In this document: piece after piece, positions 49,101 through 61,880 of the stretch | Numbering within the stretch: the stretch's first letter is position 1 | Layout: every line of letters begins with the position of its first letter | Assembly: GCF_964355755.1 (NCBI RefSeq) | Contig: NC_092676.1 | Location: 6,239,888 to 6,303,887 of the forward strand | DNA: 64,000 bases | Source: Antedon mediterranea | Taxonomy: Eukaryota > Animalia > Echinodermata | Reading direction: 5' to 3' | The notes under the pieces: generated by a model | The model's input: only the letters and a program-made list of their open reading frames with translations | Told to the model about the DNA's origin: nothing | The model's database searches: none | Made by a program: the position numbers and the translations under genes

Positions 49101-50968
49101 AGTGCATTGTTGCATATGAACAGATGATAACATAAACATATGCACAATACACAATATTGAGAATTTGTGTCTAAAAATATCATAAAGAAGATGTTAGTTA
49201 TGTTATTATACTGTAATTTTTTATCCTAAATTATATAATTATATATTCTAGGTTATTTTTATTTTTTTAGTAATGTGTTTTGTTGTGGGTCCCTACGAGA
49301 CAAGTTTTTAACTTCTAGAAGGGATCCATGATAATAATGACTACCAATTACTGCTTTATCTATGTTCACTTTAATATCTTTTTTCTATTTTGTATATATT
49401 CATTCATTATTATCTAAATAAATATTATCTGAAAATAAATATTATCTGAAGAAAAATAAATATCTGAAATTAATTTAGTGTAGAAAAACAGACCTGTTAT
49501 GAACTATTACTGGTAGTGTTTTCTGTATTGGTTTGATGAATGCTATTTACTTACAATCTCATTAATATTTATGAGCAAAAACAAGAGCTAGGCCTATTAG
49601 GCCTATTCTCTAATTGATGACTATTGTTTGTACAATAGAGGCCTAGCCTAGCACTAACCGAACAAGTTATAAAGAGTATTGTAATCATTACACGTATCAT
49701 GAGTGTAGCCCGTGGATTATGTCAATTTACTATCGGGCCTAGGCTAGACTTAATATTTAGAGAGCAGACCGCACGTACCCGACCCGGCCGCGATTTTTTT
49801 TTTCGTACATAAGTTGGGGACCCCCTCATGAAACGTCACAAAATAAACATGAATAATTCATCAGTTAAATTGTCTTGTTCCGTGTGCACCCAAGCGTATA
49901 GCAACAAGAAGTGATTACACAAGTGCGGTACGATTCTAGGCCTATCTCCGCTGTTGTTGCGGCGTGCGATTTCATAGAAGAATAGCGGCGTTTTGTGTGG
50001 ATTGTCGAAATAATCAGCCTTTAGTTTATGGTGTTTTTAATATAATTTTTTACTAAAGAATTACGTGTTAAAACTATAGTTTCTATTAATACTATTAGGC
50101 CTAATTATTAGTCTCTAAACCCATGTCTATTCTAGTAGTAGTAGCTGTGTGGGTGTGTGTGACGTGTGTGTGTTAGGTATGACCAAAGATAGTTACACTA
50201 TAGTGTAACTATCTTTGGTATGACACAATCCGAGTAATAAGTCAGCAAAATTAAACAATAAACATTACACAAAAATACATTTTTATTCTCGTGGGTCAAA
50301 TCTTCCCATCTCATGTGTTCAAATACGCGCATTTTTAAAGTTGATAATAAAATAGCAGAATTAAAAAAATACAGTAGGCCTACACAAATTATACACATTC
50401 TTTATTCTTGTGGGTCTAAGCTTTCTTTGGGCTATGTCCAATGAATTACTACTTAGTTTAATGTCTTGCCGTACTTGCCTAGCTGTCGATTAGCCTCGAC
50501 TCGACACATTTTGTGTGAAGAGAAGAGTGCGCGAAGGCAATCACGTGAATTGACTTATAATCCTAGGCCTACTGTAGAAAGTATCGTATCGCAGTTGTAA
50601 TCACTTCTTGTTGCTATACGCTTGGGTGCACACGGAACAACAAATTTAACTGATGAATTATTCATGTTTATTTTGTGACGTTTCATGAAGGGGTCCCCAA
50701 CTTATGTACGAAAAAAAAAATCGCGACCCGGCCGACCACACACACATCATCATGGTGTGTGTTTTTGTGTGTCAACAAACAAGACTCGAGGAGGTTAGGC
50801 CTAGCCCCTAGGGCCTAGCCTAGTGCCTGCCATAGCAAATAGGCTGGGTAAACCTAGTATACTTTATAATGAATTGGCCATACTAACACAATAAAATATT
50901 AAGTCAAAAAATGCTGTATTTACAGCCAGTATGCTACATTTTTATACCTGAAACTCTTCTTCGGCCAT
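40131..50968 (-). CDS. HGD: Homogentisate 1,2-dioxygenase
   Basis: Exons 50948-50968, 48419-48490, 48030-48224, 47415-47474, 46731-46822, 46145-46179, 45640-45818, 45278-45396, 44957-45061, 43702-43881, 43147-43275, 42526-42659 and optional 40131-40185; [63 protein letters not shown] and AFMFES; Fe ligands His/Glu/His present. The unspliced form stops at 42522. Confidence 0.95.
41070..41600 (+). repeat. Four-copy ~145-bp tandem repeat in the HGD last intron or 3' region
   Basis: GATGGATTATGTTACAC.TTGCTTTAGATAAGAACCATTAATGCTTCAAGTCTGAACATA repeated near 41072, 41218, 41360 and 41503. Confidence 0.9.
43922..44107 (-). mobile_element. DeuSINE/Nin-domain-like SINE
   Basis: Reverse complement reads GGATAAGGACTATAAACCGTAGGTCC...AAGAACC...GAGTAGGGGGTTACCCCGGTG; matches the copy at 4528. 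Confidence 0.7.
49790..50724. mobile_element. MULE-like non-autonomous element in HGD intron 1
   Basis: ~150-bp TIRs (GCGATTTTTTTTTTCGTACATAAGTTGGGGACCCC...), G...C termini, perfect 9-bp TSD GACCCGGCC (49781-49789 and 50725-50733). Confidence 0.9.
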
Positions 50969-51080
50969 GTTGTGTACGTCGTCGTCGTGTATCGGAACGT
51001 GAGTGTATATGACCGGTGACCCGTGACGCAAACGAGATGGGCGTGTTTTCAATTATGTATTTGATTGGTCAACATTTGGA
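50969..51080 (-). promoter_or_regulatory. HGD proximal promoter/5' UTR
   Basis: CpG-rich stretch immediately upstream of the ATG exon, with a CCAAT box (plus-strand GATTGG ~51063). Confidence 0.45.
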
Positions 51081-52724
51081 GGTGTGTTAGATTCATTGAC
51101 AACTTTGGACAAATTAAAGTAGACATAGGCCTAGATGAAACGTAGAAGTATTATAGTTACACTACCTCCATGGATAAAACGTATTTACAAAAATCGTTGC
51201 ATGGTATTGATTTAATTTTTAACTGGAATTAAAATTATTTAGAAGTGTCATTTTACATATTTTACATACAGATATGTATACATTGTGTTGCAATGGCCTT
51301 TTCACTGATAAAATTAAAAAGTTCCTATTTAGTAGATCAACGTAAGTATTACATACGTCATATTATTTTGTTGTCTTATGTGGGTTCATCCCACTTTTAT
51401 TTTCATCATATACATTTTCATATAAATACTGTATATTAATTTATACACATTTGTTCTAACATAGTAATTTTTGTTATCATGTGTTTTTACATACATGATT
51501 GTTGTTGTAATCTTTTCTCTATTCATTATCATTATTTACCATCATTTTCTCTTAGAATTTATACATAGGCCTATCATCTTTTAATGTATTTTGGTTTTTT
51601 TCTCTTTTATGTTAACTCATAACATATTTTTTCAACCTTTCTTATTTTTAAAAACATATTTTGCATTCGTTAACATACACATCTTATTCTTTATATTAAT
51701 ATACCTCATATTAAATTTAACACATTTCTACTAGTATTTTTTTCTTTACATATATTTTCATATACACTTTTAAATTTGTTTATACTCCTCTATTTATTAT
51801 CCAACCCTTTTTTTTCATTTGGTTTACATAGCATATATCCTTTGATAACTTACATTAGACTTAAAAAGTACTGTACTGTCATATTATTAATACATTTATA
51901 ACATACATACAAGGTTATATTTGGCCCACCGTAGAGAAATTTTTATAATAGGTGGATCCAATTTTCATATTAGTTACTAGATAATATTTTGTTACATATT
52001 ACATAAAATATTACATAATATTTACCATTGAATAATACTTTTGTTTGGTTTCTATCTATTATATTAGAATAAAATAGAAATAATTAAAATGAATTCGATA
52101 AGTATGTGAAGTTGTTATTCACGGACGCCCTCATTGGCAATTGTTGGTTAAAAAACATCAATAATAATAAAAATGATCTCACAGTATTTTATTTTTGGAA
52201 AGTCCTATCGATTGCCCCTTCTTATAATATAACATAGGGTTGGTGTGAACATCAGTCCAAAATACGACGTCAACTTGAGGAAGAGTCTAAATCTCAATTC
52301 GCCAGGGGCACCTATGTATGCATGCGCACTTAATTCATGAGATATATGGACCGCAATTTATGAATCGTATTTTACCATTTGCACAATTCATTTGTTACTA
52401 CAGTATGTAGGGCAAGGTACAAAACGCGATGGTGAAAGTTGTTCTCCTTTTATCCTTGTAATTTTTAATCATATGAATTATCTTATGTAAAATGTTAATC
52501 TTTTAATAATCATAATTTGGTTATCTTAGTAATTGCATTGCGTCATGGCACCTAGTTAACACTGAGTTAACATACGTCGTTGTTGTAATTGTATTATTAT
52601 ACTCCACGGTTATAAATAATTCACTATGGAGTTGTGAGTGCCCTGACGGATGATGACCAGTATAAATTGTCATTCGTCAGGGTACCTATAGTTAACATAT
52701 ACTTTGTTAATTTATAGGCCCATA

Positions 52725-53781
52725 CAGGCCCCGTAGCAAAAAAAAAAGTGGGGGAGGGGGGGGGCGGTGTAGTTCGGGTGAACCCCACCTTTACAGCGAA
52801 CCCCCTTAACCGAATGCGAATCCCCATGCAAATATGTGCCCTACATTACAAAAGGTTATTCGTAAATTGAAAAATTCGTAAACTCGTTCGTGAATAACTC
52901 CTCATACCTTCTTCCCTGTATGAGCGTACGTCGAGCGATACGTGTCTGTAAATTTCTAAGAGTTGCAAATGAATTGCTGATTTTCACCTGAAATTAAATA
53001 CCAAATTTTGTTCCCTGGATGTAACATGATATTGACAGTGTATCGTTCTAAACAGTGAGCTGGGGCTTTTCGTATAAACAGGGAGGCTCCCTGGTATAAA
53101 GGACACCGCCAGGCAACCGCGTACCTATTGTTTAGATCACTGGCAGTCAGCGTGCATAAATTATAATAGCCTTCCGACGTAGGCCTACATAAAAAAAATG
53201 GAACGCTGCGGTTACCTACAGTATTTATGTGTGGCTATCTATGGTATCATGTACTGTAGTTTACATTATAGCCTACTGTAGTATCCGATTATTTTTTTCT
53301 AGGCACCAGCAAATACGTAGGCCTACTCGACTGTATCAATAGGCCTACCACCTATTTACATTGATATATTTAATTTCCTCAATAAATTGCTGTAAATAGA
53401 TATAGATAGAGCTATAATAAGCATTGAATTTGCTTTCACACCAAAGTGTTTCTTTTTTCGGGGCTTTTTCTAGACGTACGTTCGCATTGAACTTGAACGC
53501 AAAACAAAATACCGAGTGAATGATCAAACAATCGGCGGTTCAGCATTAGGCCTATAGAGCACGCGCATCTAACATACGGCAACAAATGTTATCGTCCTTT
53601 AAGTAGTCCACGTGTGAGAGGAGGAGGAAAAAAGTATGATCGTTTTGATGTTTGTTTGGTAGCATGCTCCATAAGAATGTCTTTTCTGGCCAAGAGGTGG
53701 CATTTATCATGAATGTTACCTGTGACCCAAATACTTCTTTTTGTCCGAATTCCCCCTTGACAGATCCTGGCTACGGCCCTG
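52725..53781. mobile_element. Old hAT-like non-autonomous element
   Basis: CAGGCCCCGTAGC ... GCTACGGCCCTG imperfect TIRs; TSD not preserved. Confidence 0.5.
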
Positions 53782-53797
53782 CTATAGCCTACAGTAG

Positions 53798-54878
53798 GGG
53801 TGTCACGAAAGCTCAGACCACGAAAGCTCAGACCCCCTAAGACCTAAGATCACGAAAGCTAAGACCCAACACCTAAGATTACAAATATTTATCTTTCGCA
53901 CCTGCCTTGTATTTTAACTCCCAACATTTATTCTGAATACCACACCTTAGAATTGGCACTTTCATGAAAAAGAATCACATAAAAAGTAACAAATACATTT
54001 TTAAATTGATGATTTTACAGACGTTTTTCTCGCACACAAAATGACTAGCCTACAGTAGTACTACAGTAGGCCTACCCCATGTTCAATGTTTTTGTTTCTA
54101 TGGAACGTCAAAAGAGCAAAAATTATATAGAGGGCTGAAAACTCTGTGGAGTCCATCTACAGTGTGGATGGAACAATGTAAAATTAAAATTGTAATGATA
54201 ATAGTATAATCATGCAAGTACGAAGAAATAAATACTGGCAAATAAATTTTAATTTAAAAATCATGATTAGTTTTTTTGTTTCGTTTTCTTTCTGTTTTTA
54301 TGCTTGTACTATTATTGTTGCTCTTTTGGCGCTCCATGGAAACAAAAACATTGAGCATGGTGGGAGCTCGAGGAGTTACATTACAGTATACAAAGAAACA
54401 CATATGTAAAATCATCAATTTAAAGGATTTATTTATTTGTTATTATGTGTTTCTCCTTCTGAAAGTACTTATAAGTCCTAATTTTAAAGTGTGGTGTTCA
54501 GGATAAAGTTAGTCAACAAATTTGGAGTCAAAATACAAGAAAGGCAGGTGCGTAAGAAAAACATCCTCTGAACCAACACAATGGAGTAAATATATACCAA
54601 CAAACAACCCGTCAAGTTTGTTTGTTGTAAAGAAAAAATATACATTTACTCAACGGGCGAAAATAATGTGAGTTTATCTATGTTTTGCGGTAGTATTAAA
54701 TTATATTTATGGTAATAAATGAAACCTACTGTGTTTAAAATTATGTATGGATTAACAAGTATTGTTTTTAATCTGTAGTATATCTTAGTATTTGTAATCT
54801 TAGGTGTTGGGTCTTAGCTTTCGTGATCTTAGGTCTTAGGGGGTCTGAGCTTTCGTGGTCTGAGCTTTCGTGACACCC
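53798..54878. mobile_element. Foldback/MULE-like element
   Basis: ~90-bp near-perfect TIR with internal CACGAAAGCTCAGAC repeats; further inverted homology deep inside; direct repeat CCTACAGTAG at both ends (8-10 bp depending on where the TIR is drawn). Confidence 0.85.
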
Positions 54879-55146
54879 CCTACAGTAGTTTAGAAGCCTC
54901 AACAGAATGCATAACATAATTATCCTAACTATGAACGCCAGCAGGCTAGTGATCTGGAGGAGGTCGTTTAGAGTCATCCGAGAATTACTTTAAGTATAAG
55001 TACTTTAAGTATTAAGTACTTAGTAAAAGTACAAATTACGTCAGAGTAAGGAAAAAACAATGACCAATAATATTACAGTATAATAAATATAAATAATGTA
55101 TGGTCTGAGCAATTTGAGAGCATTGTTAAATTTCTATGACCAGCCG

Positions 55147-55960
55147 TTTTTAGTCGCGTGGAAGCGACTCTATAGTTCACTATGTCGGTCGGTCGGTCTG
55201 TCTGTCTGTCTGTCGGTCTGTCTGTCGGTCTGTCTGTCTGTCGGTCCGGTATCACTATGCGTTTTATCGCTTTATGACCTTATCTTGATATCAGTTTAAT
55301 CTAGCTAAGTCAATTTTTCACAGAATATTCCTCATGGCCAGGAATCGATGTGGTTATGTTTTCACGGTGCGCAATAAAAAATTACGCGGTCTACGCATGA
55401 TTTAACGAAATCACGTTTGTAATCATATCTTATATAACAACCATGAATCACAATTAAATAAAATTTGGTACTCATAAATTTCAGGGCATAAATCATCATA
55501 ATATGGCAATACAATTACGTGCGTAGCGCATTTAACGCATGCGTACGGGCGCTTAAAATTTTCAAAATTTATTTTCGATGAAATAAGAGTACGTTTCAGG
55601 CAATTTTAAGCGTTTACAAAATTGCCATGAGTGCGCAGATTTTTGCGCGCGCACTGCGCGTTAAATGTTATTGCGCACTCTTTTTGCCCGATTTCTGTTT
55701 TCTTGACTTACTTTTCAACTCGAAATTACGTTATACGAGCACGTCAAAAGTGACAGGCTACGCACGTGTAAATTAAAAAAATATAAATGTTTTTAAACAT
55801 TTCAACATTTTTAAACATGTTCAGTAATTTCGGTCAGTATAGTTCACTATGTCGGTCGGTCCGTCTGTCTGTCGGTCTGTCTGTCTGTCGGTCTGTTTGT
55901 CTGTCGGTCCGGTATCACTATGCATTGTAGCACGCGACTTAATGGCTGTTGGCCTTGTTT
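55147..55960 (+). mobile_element. Long HINE/DINE-1-like (Helentron-associated) element
   Basis: TTTTTAGTCGCGTG start, two (GTCT/GTCG)n blocks, CACGCGACT subterminal IR, short 3' hairpin GGCTGTTGGCC followed by TTGTTT. Confidence 0.75.
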
Positions 55961-56174
55961 AGATACAGTGCCTATAGAGGTCAGAGTAGAATAATACATC
56001 TCATTCATTGTAATTATTTATGAAAGACTTGAATGATGAATAAATAATTATATAATATAAGTGATGGTAAACCACAAAAGAGATGAGAATAAAATCTAAA
56101 TAGTGTAGTGTTAAATAATTTGCTTTTTAAATTTTGTTTAAATTTATTTTAGACATTTTATGATTTCTATAATT

Positions 56175-57570
56175 TATATTAATAATAATAATAATAAATG
56201 AAAACTTATATAGCGCCGGTATCCTCCACCCATGTGGCGCTCATGGCGCTTTGTGCATTAACAACGTGCGAGAACATCAGCGAATAGCGACGTCTTTAGG
56301 TTGGTCTTGAAACTGTTTAGACTAGTTGAGCATTTAACTGTTGCTGGCAAGCTGTTCCATACACTTGCGGCCGCAACGTAAAAAGATCTCTGACCCCACT
56401 GATTTTTCGCTCCTACGCTCTTGAAGAAGGTTTTGTGACAATGATCGTAGGCCTCTGCGGGATGATTCGTAACGATCCACAAGGTCAGATAAATCAGGAG
56501 CACTGTCATTTAGGATCTTGAATACAAACAACGCAAGTTTGTACTTAATACGTTGTTGAACAGGCAACCAATGCAAATCCATCAGGACAGGAGTTATGTG
56601 AGCGTTTGATTTTGTATAAGTTACAATTCTAGCTGCCATATTTTGCAAGCGCTGCAAACGTTGTATTTGAGATTTTGGTATGCCAAACAACAAGGCATTA
56701 CCAATGTCAATTTTAGAAGTGACAAATGAGTGTAGGCCTACAATCAATTCAGCTGTTTTCTTGTTAAGATTACCGCGAATACGACCAAGGTTCCTAATCG
56801 ATATGCATGCTGCTTTGGATACAGTTGTTATTTTGTGCTTCCATAGTGAGATTACTATCCAGCATGATTCCCAGATTCCGGACCACCGATGAGGGAGCGA
56901 TGTTAGAGTTTCCGATTCTGATATGTGTGATGTTGATTTTGGAGATGTTACATTTAGACCCGACGATAATAAACTCTGTCTTTCCATCATTCAACTTTAG
57001 GTAATTTGTTGTCATCCAATTGCGAACATCTTCAATACCGGCTTCCATCTTACTGATTGCTGCAGCAACATCCCTTTGCACTGGATTTACTGACACATAA
57101 ATCTGTGTATCATCTGCATAGAAATGGAAATGTAGACTGTGTTTGCGAATAATGTCACCAAGGGGAAGCGTATAAATGGAAAACTGGCCAGGCCCAATTA
57201 CTGACCCCTATGGTACACCATATTCCAGGCAAGCTTCATCTGAGAATGCATCATTGATACAGACTAGCTGACGTCTTCCTGTAAGATATGACTGGAACCA
57301 GTTAAGAGCAACACCATTTATGCCAATGCGATTTCTCAGACGGGTTATCAGTCTTTGGTGATCAACTGTATCAAACGCTGCTGACAAATCCAACAACACC
57401 AATAGCGTTATTTTCCCATCATTCATTCCTTGTAACAAATCATTCTGTACCTTTAAAAGGGAACTCTCCGTGCTATGACATGCACGATATGCCGACTGGT
57501 AATTCTCATTTAAATTATGCTTTTGAAGATATGGAGTAATGCGTGATGTCACTACACGCTCCAGAGTCTC
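56175..57570 (-). mobile_element. 5'-truncated, decayed L2-clade LINE
   Basis: [47 protein letters not shown] and HITPVLMDLHWLPV; 3' conserved tail GCGC..GGATA..GCGCTATATAAG followed by (TTA)n. Confidence 0.93.
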
Positions 57571-59886
57571 CTATTTGACTGTCAATCTCGGCCGATATTA
57601 TAATCAGATAATCGTTGAATTATGATCAAAACAGTCCATAGTAAAGTTTTTGTTTGTAATACTAATAGGAAACAATTTGTTCACACTTTAATGTCCCTTT
57701 GTACAATTTATCACTTGTTGACATCTAGGCTTGATGAAGTCACCTCCAGACTTGACATTAGCAATAAAATTAACTAAAGTGACAGAAATTGAGTCTGTTT
57801 AGTAGTCTAAAATTGGCTTTAATATTATTTAGACATCATTTTCATTTAAATTATTTAATAAGCACATCATCTTTTACAGATTAAGTATTTTTTATTTTTC
57901 AATTTCAATTGCACAATTATATATCATAGTATGAATTCTTTTTGTATTTTACTTCAAATACAAAAGTTATTCACTTCTGTAAAAAAAATGATCTACTTAT
58001 AAAAAGAGAAAAGAAACGTTTACTTTTAACCAAAAACCATTGTCTGACAGACAATTTAAGTATTTTTTGCTTTAAATTGAATTTTTTCAGCAGGTAACTA
58101 TTTTTTGGTTAACGTGAATAACTATTATGTGACAATAAAATGACACACTCAAAAAAAAAATTGAAAACAAATTTTTTTTTCAGGAGGACAATATAATTTA
58201 TCTTTAAAACTATTCAGTACGTCAACAAGCGAGCGACGTTTTTTGTAAGAAATATTTCTTGTTTCTAGTTTGTTTAAATATATCTATTTATGGAATACAT
58301 AAGAATATAATATCATAATGTAGATACTCATTAAGTTGTGCGTTCATGATATTGATTTCTACTCCCAGGAGACCAACGGCGGCAGAACCGTATCATACAA
58401 TGGTTTTAAGTCTATGCTCACTTTTGTGGACATTTCTTGTTGTGTATCGTGATATTTTTTCTCTTGCACCTATGATGTTTACATTATTTTCAGACTGTTA
58501 GATAGTTACACTTGCCATTGTTTGCTTTTCATTGTTTTCATTGCCATTTGCCTTTCCTTTCATCCATTTTCACATGCAATTCGTTCAGATCATTTGCGGT
58601 AGTGCGATTTGAGTAAACTTTTGTCTTTTGAGACCATATTTCATTGCAAGTTTGTTTGAGTAATGAAACAGTTTTAGTGATTATATACAATAATAGTTCG
58701 ATAGCTGTATTGACACCAGATAATTAATGATTCAATCAATCAGTAAAATTTTTAAAATTGTTGACACAACGCCCACAAGACAGCGGTAGGCATTAAAAAC
58801 ATGAGTTTGAATAGTGTTTAATGCAGAATGGCAATTTTACAAACCAAAGACAGACCAAGTAAAAAGCACGAAACGATGCTAGATTCTAGTCACCAACATC
58901 ATCTGGTCCTGGGCATTATTGGTTAATTTTCATCCGTTTAAAAACTCTTTCAATATTTGTTTATTCTAAACTGATGCTGTTATGCATTTTAAATTCTTGT
59001 TTTAATCATGGACCTATAAACAAGATAATAATAATTATGTAATCATATAGGGAAGTTAGAAGTTTATTTATATTTCTCCATGGTTTTATTGACAGCAGCT
59101 GTGTGCTTTAGATAGGATCGGAGTAGGCTAATGCTAATTGTTTGATCTTTCCGCTTATAAATTAAAAGTTCTCAAACAAATTCCGAATTGTAATTTCATT
59201 TTTGAACGTAGGAGGAAACTACAACAATGATTTACTTTTCTCGAGCTATGCCATTCTATTCCAACTGTAGTCTCAAAGAAAAATATAAGCCTATAACAAA
59301 AGACCATTTTTAATTTTTCGACAATTCTAACTCAGTCTCGACAGGTTTTTATTAAAAATTAACAAAGGATGAGACAAGTTGTCATAAAGTTAAAATCTGA
59401 TATTTTAGAGCGTGGGAGGAAACGCAAAAATGATTTATTATTTTCTTTCCTTGAGTTATGCATACTTTTACAGATTTACTGTATATTTCTTTATTAATCA
59501 ATCAAGGTCAATTCAAATACTGTACACAAATATCAAACAAACAGAAAACATTTGCACACAGGAACAGACACTTCCCACGCAATCTCGGTCGGTGGTATTA
59601 AAAATGAATAAAGGATGAGACAAGTTGTCTCACATAAAAGTATCTAATTGAAATCTGATATTTTAGAATTTCCTCAAGCTATGCATACTTTTGTATTGAA
59701 AATAAAGCAATTGTAATAAAATAAATTTCAGGACTGGTGCATTGAACTCCAATTGTAGTTCGGAATAAAATTATAAATCTATACAATAAAATACTATTTT
59801 GAATGTTGACTCTTCTCACGCTATCTCGGCACTTGGATGAAACGAATTATTGATTTGTTTAATTTCCATTTTCTTTTTCCACTCAG

Positions 59887-61617
59887 GCTTGACAGATATT
59901 ATTCGATAGGGTTCTATTGGTTATTACTACACTACAACCGTGTAGAAATTAGTTGAGTAGTTGGTCTAGCTACAGCGGGTGTTGAGCGGCTTCGTTATTT
60001 TTGAAAGCCAAGGAAAGTGTTCCCTTTAAAAGGTATGTCGACTCCATTGTATATCAATTTAATCTGAATTATCTTTAAATTAACGTTTTAACTTTTTACT
60101 TTGGAGAGCCCTCGACAGGAATGTTTTAATGACATTTTAGGTAATCCGTCTGCTTTATTGTTAGCTTTTACACTTTGTTCTGTCCATGTTTTTTATGATA
60201 TAATATGATATCGATAATACTCGTGCTATTGTTATAGATTCTTTAAAACCAGTGATTGAGGAACATTGCTATGTACCTAACATTAGGTATATTGTACCTG
60301 GTTCTTCCTCCTGCAACGTCACTGGAATGGGCTATCGGAAATCTAATCAGACGCCAGTCTATTGCTGACGAGATGACGATGTGCGAGACGGGGATATGCG
60401 GCAGTTGTCAGTTGGTCTGCGGTTAGTATCTGTCTATAATTATATTGACGACATCTGTGCTTCCCCACCACCTCCCTTTTTAGGTGGCAAATATGTGAAT
60501 ATCCTTATACAGTCAACTCTTCCCATATTTATAATTTGTTTTTCCATTTTCTTTTTTTTTTATTTACTGTATACATGTTAAACATCTCATTGAGACTGAT
60601 ATAAAAGAGATAAATTAAAGTTCAGGTTAATCATTGTTAGTAATGATAATAATGACACCACAAATACTAGTAAAACAACATCGATACGCCAACACATTAC
60701 ATATTCCACAATACGTCTATTTTCGGGTGAAAATTTCCATTAAATTCTGTTATGTTCACTGAATAACATAGTTTGTCATCCGACATCTATCGACGAAAAA
60801 TGCGTATGACGAGGATTTTATTTTATTAATGTGTGTTATGCTTTTTATAATAGCAACGGAGAAAGATATATGTCATCGTACTGATTTAACTGATAAAGTA
60901 CGTCTTCATGAAACGAAGATATGGCATGACGGTTGTCCTACCGGGGGCAAAGAAGACCCTGGCCCGAATTGGCGACTTGACATCATTACCTTAGGTAAAT
61001 TTGTTTATTATGCCTACTTGTTGTAGCTTGCATATAATAAAAGGAAAAAAACCTACTTGTTAAGTGTCTGACATTTTCAGAGGCAGAATGTTTATTTGTT
61101 GTCTTAATTTCTCATTATTTATTTGGTTGATTTATATTCTGGGGACGGTGCGCCTCTGAAAATTTCTGACGCTTAACAAATAGGTTTGGATGTTCTCTTA
61201 CGTTTTCAGATGGTTAGCACACAACTATTCTGAAGGTTTTCTTTATTTTTCAGTTTGCGTAGGTAATATTATGATTATGTCGTTTCTGAGTGCCAAGTAT
61301 CGTGCAAACGTGGATTTTCCAGGTATTTAGAGTATTTTCTATTCATATTTAGTATCTCTTTGCAGTCGATAGGTCTCTAATTAAATGTGTTTGGGTAGTT
61401 TAATCATGGAGTATCGACGAAAAAGCGTATGACGAGGATTTTATTTTATTAATGTGTGTTATGCTTTTTATAATAGCAACGGAGAAAGATATATGTCATC
61501 GTACTGATTTAACTGATAAAGTACGTCTTCATGAAACGAAGATATGGCATGACGGTTGTCCTACCGGGGGCAAAGAAGACCCTGGCCCGAATTGCCAATA
61601 TGACATCATTACCTTGG
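59887..61617 (+). pseudogene. Decayed multi-exon locus including a HYR-like exon and a duplicated 141-nt exon
   Basis: AG/GT-bounded segments 59887-60032 (several stops), 60238-60483 (DSLKPVIEEHCYVPNIRYIVPGSSSCNVT...VG...; one in-frame TGA), 60854-60994 and its copy 61477-61617. Confidence 0.45.
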
Positions 61618-61880
61618 GTAAATTTGTTGTAGCTTGCATATAATAAAAGGAAAAAAACCTACTTGTTAAGTGTCTGACATTTTCAGAGGCAGAATGTTTT
61701 TTTGTTGTCTTAATTTCTCATTATTTATTTGGTTGATTTATATTCTGGGGACGGTGCGCCTCTGAAAATTTCTGACGCTTAACAAATAGGTTTGGATGTT
61801 CTCTTACGTTTTCAGATGGATTAGCACACAACTATTCTGGACGTTTTCCATTTTTGCCTGTTTTCGGTAATTACTCAATG
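61405..61880. mobile_element. P-element-like termini enclosing a ~450-bp copy of 60788-~61265
   Basis: GTTTAAT|CATGGAGTA ... TTACTCAATG|GTTTAAT; 7-bp TSD; the interior duplicates sequence ~624 bp upstream. Confidence 0.75.

Noticed and set aside
60360-60372. Cys-TGA as a selenocysteine codon
   Set aside because: No SECIS was recognised and the neighbouring exon-like segment has several stops, so pseudogenisation is the simpler explanation.
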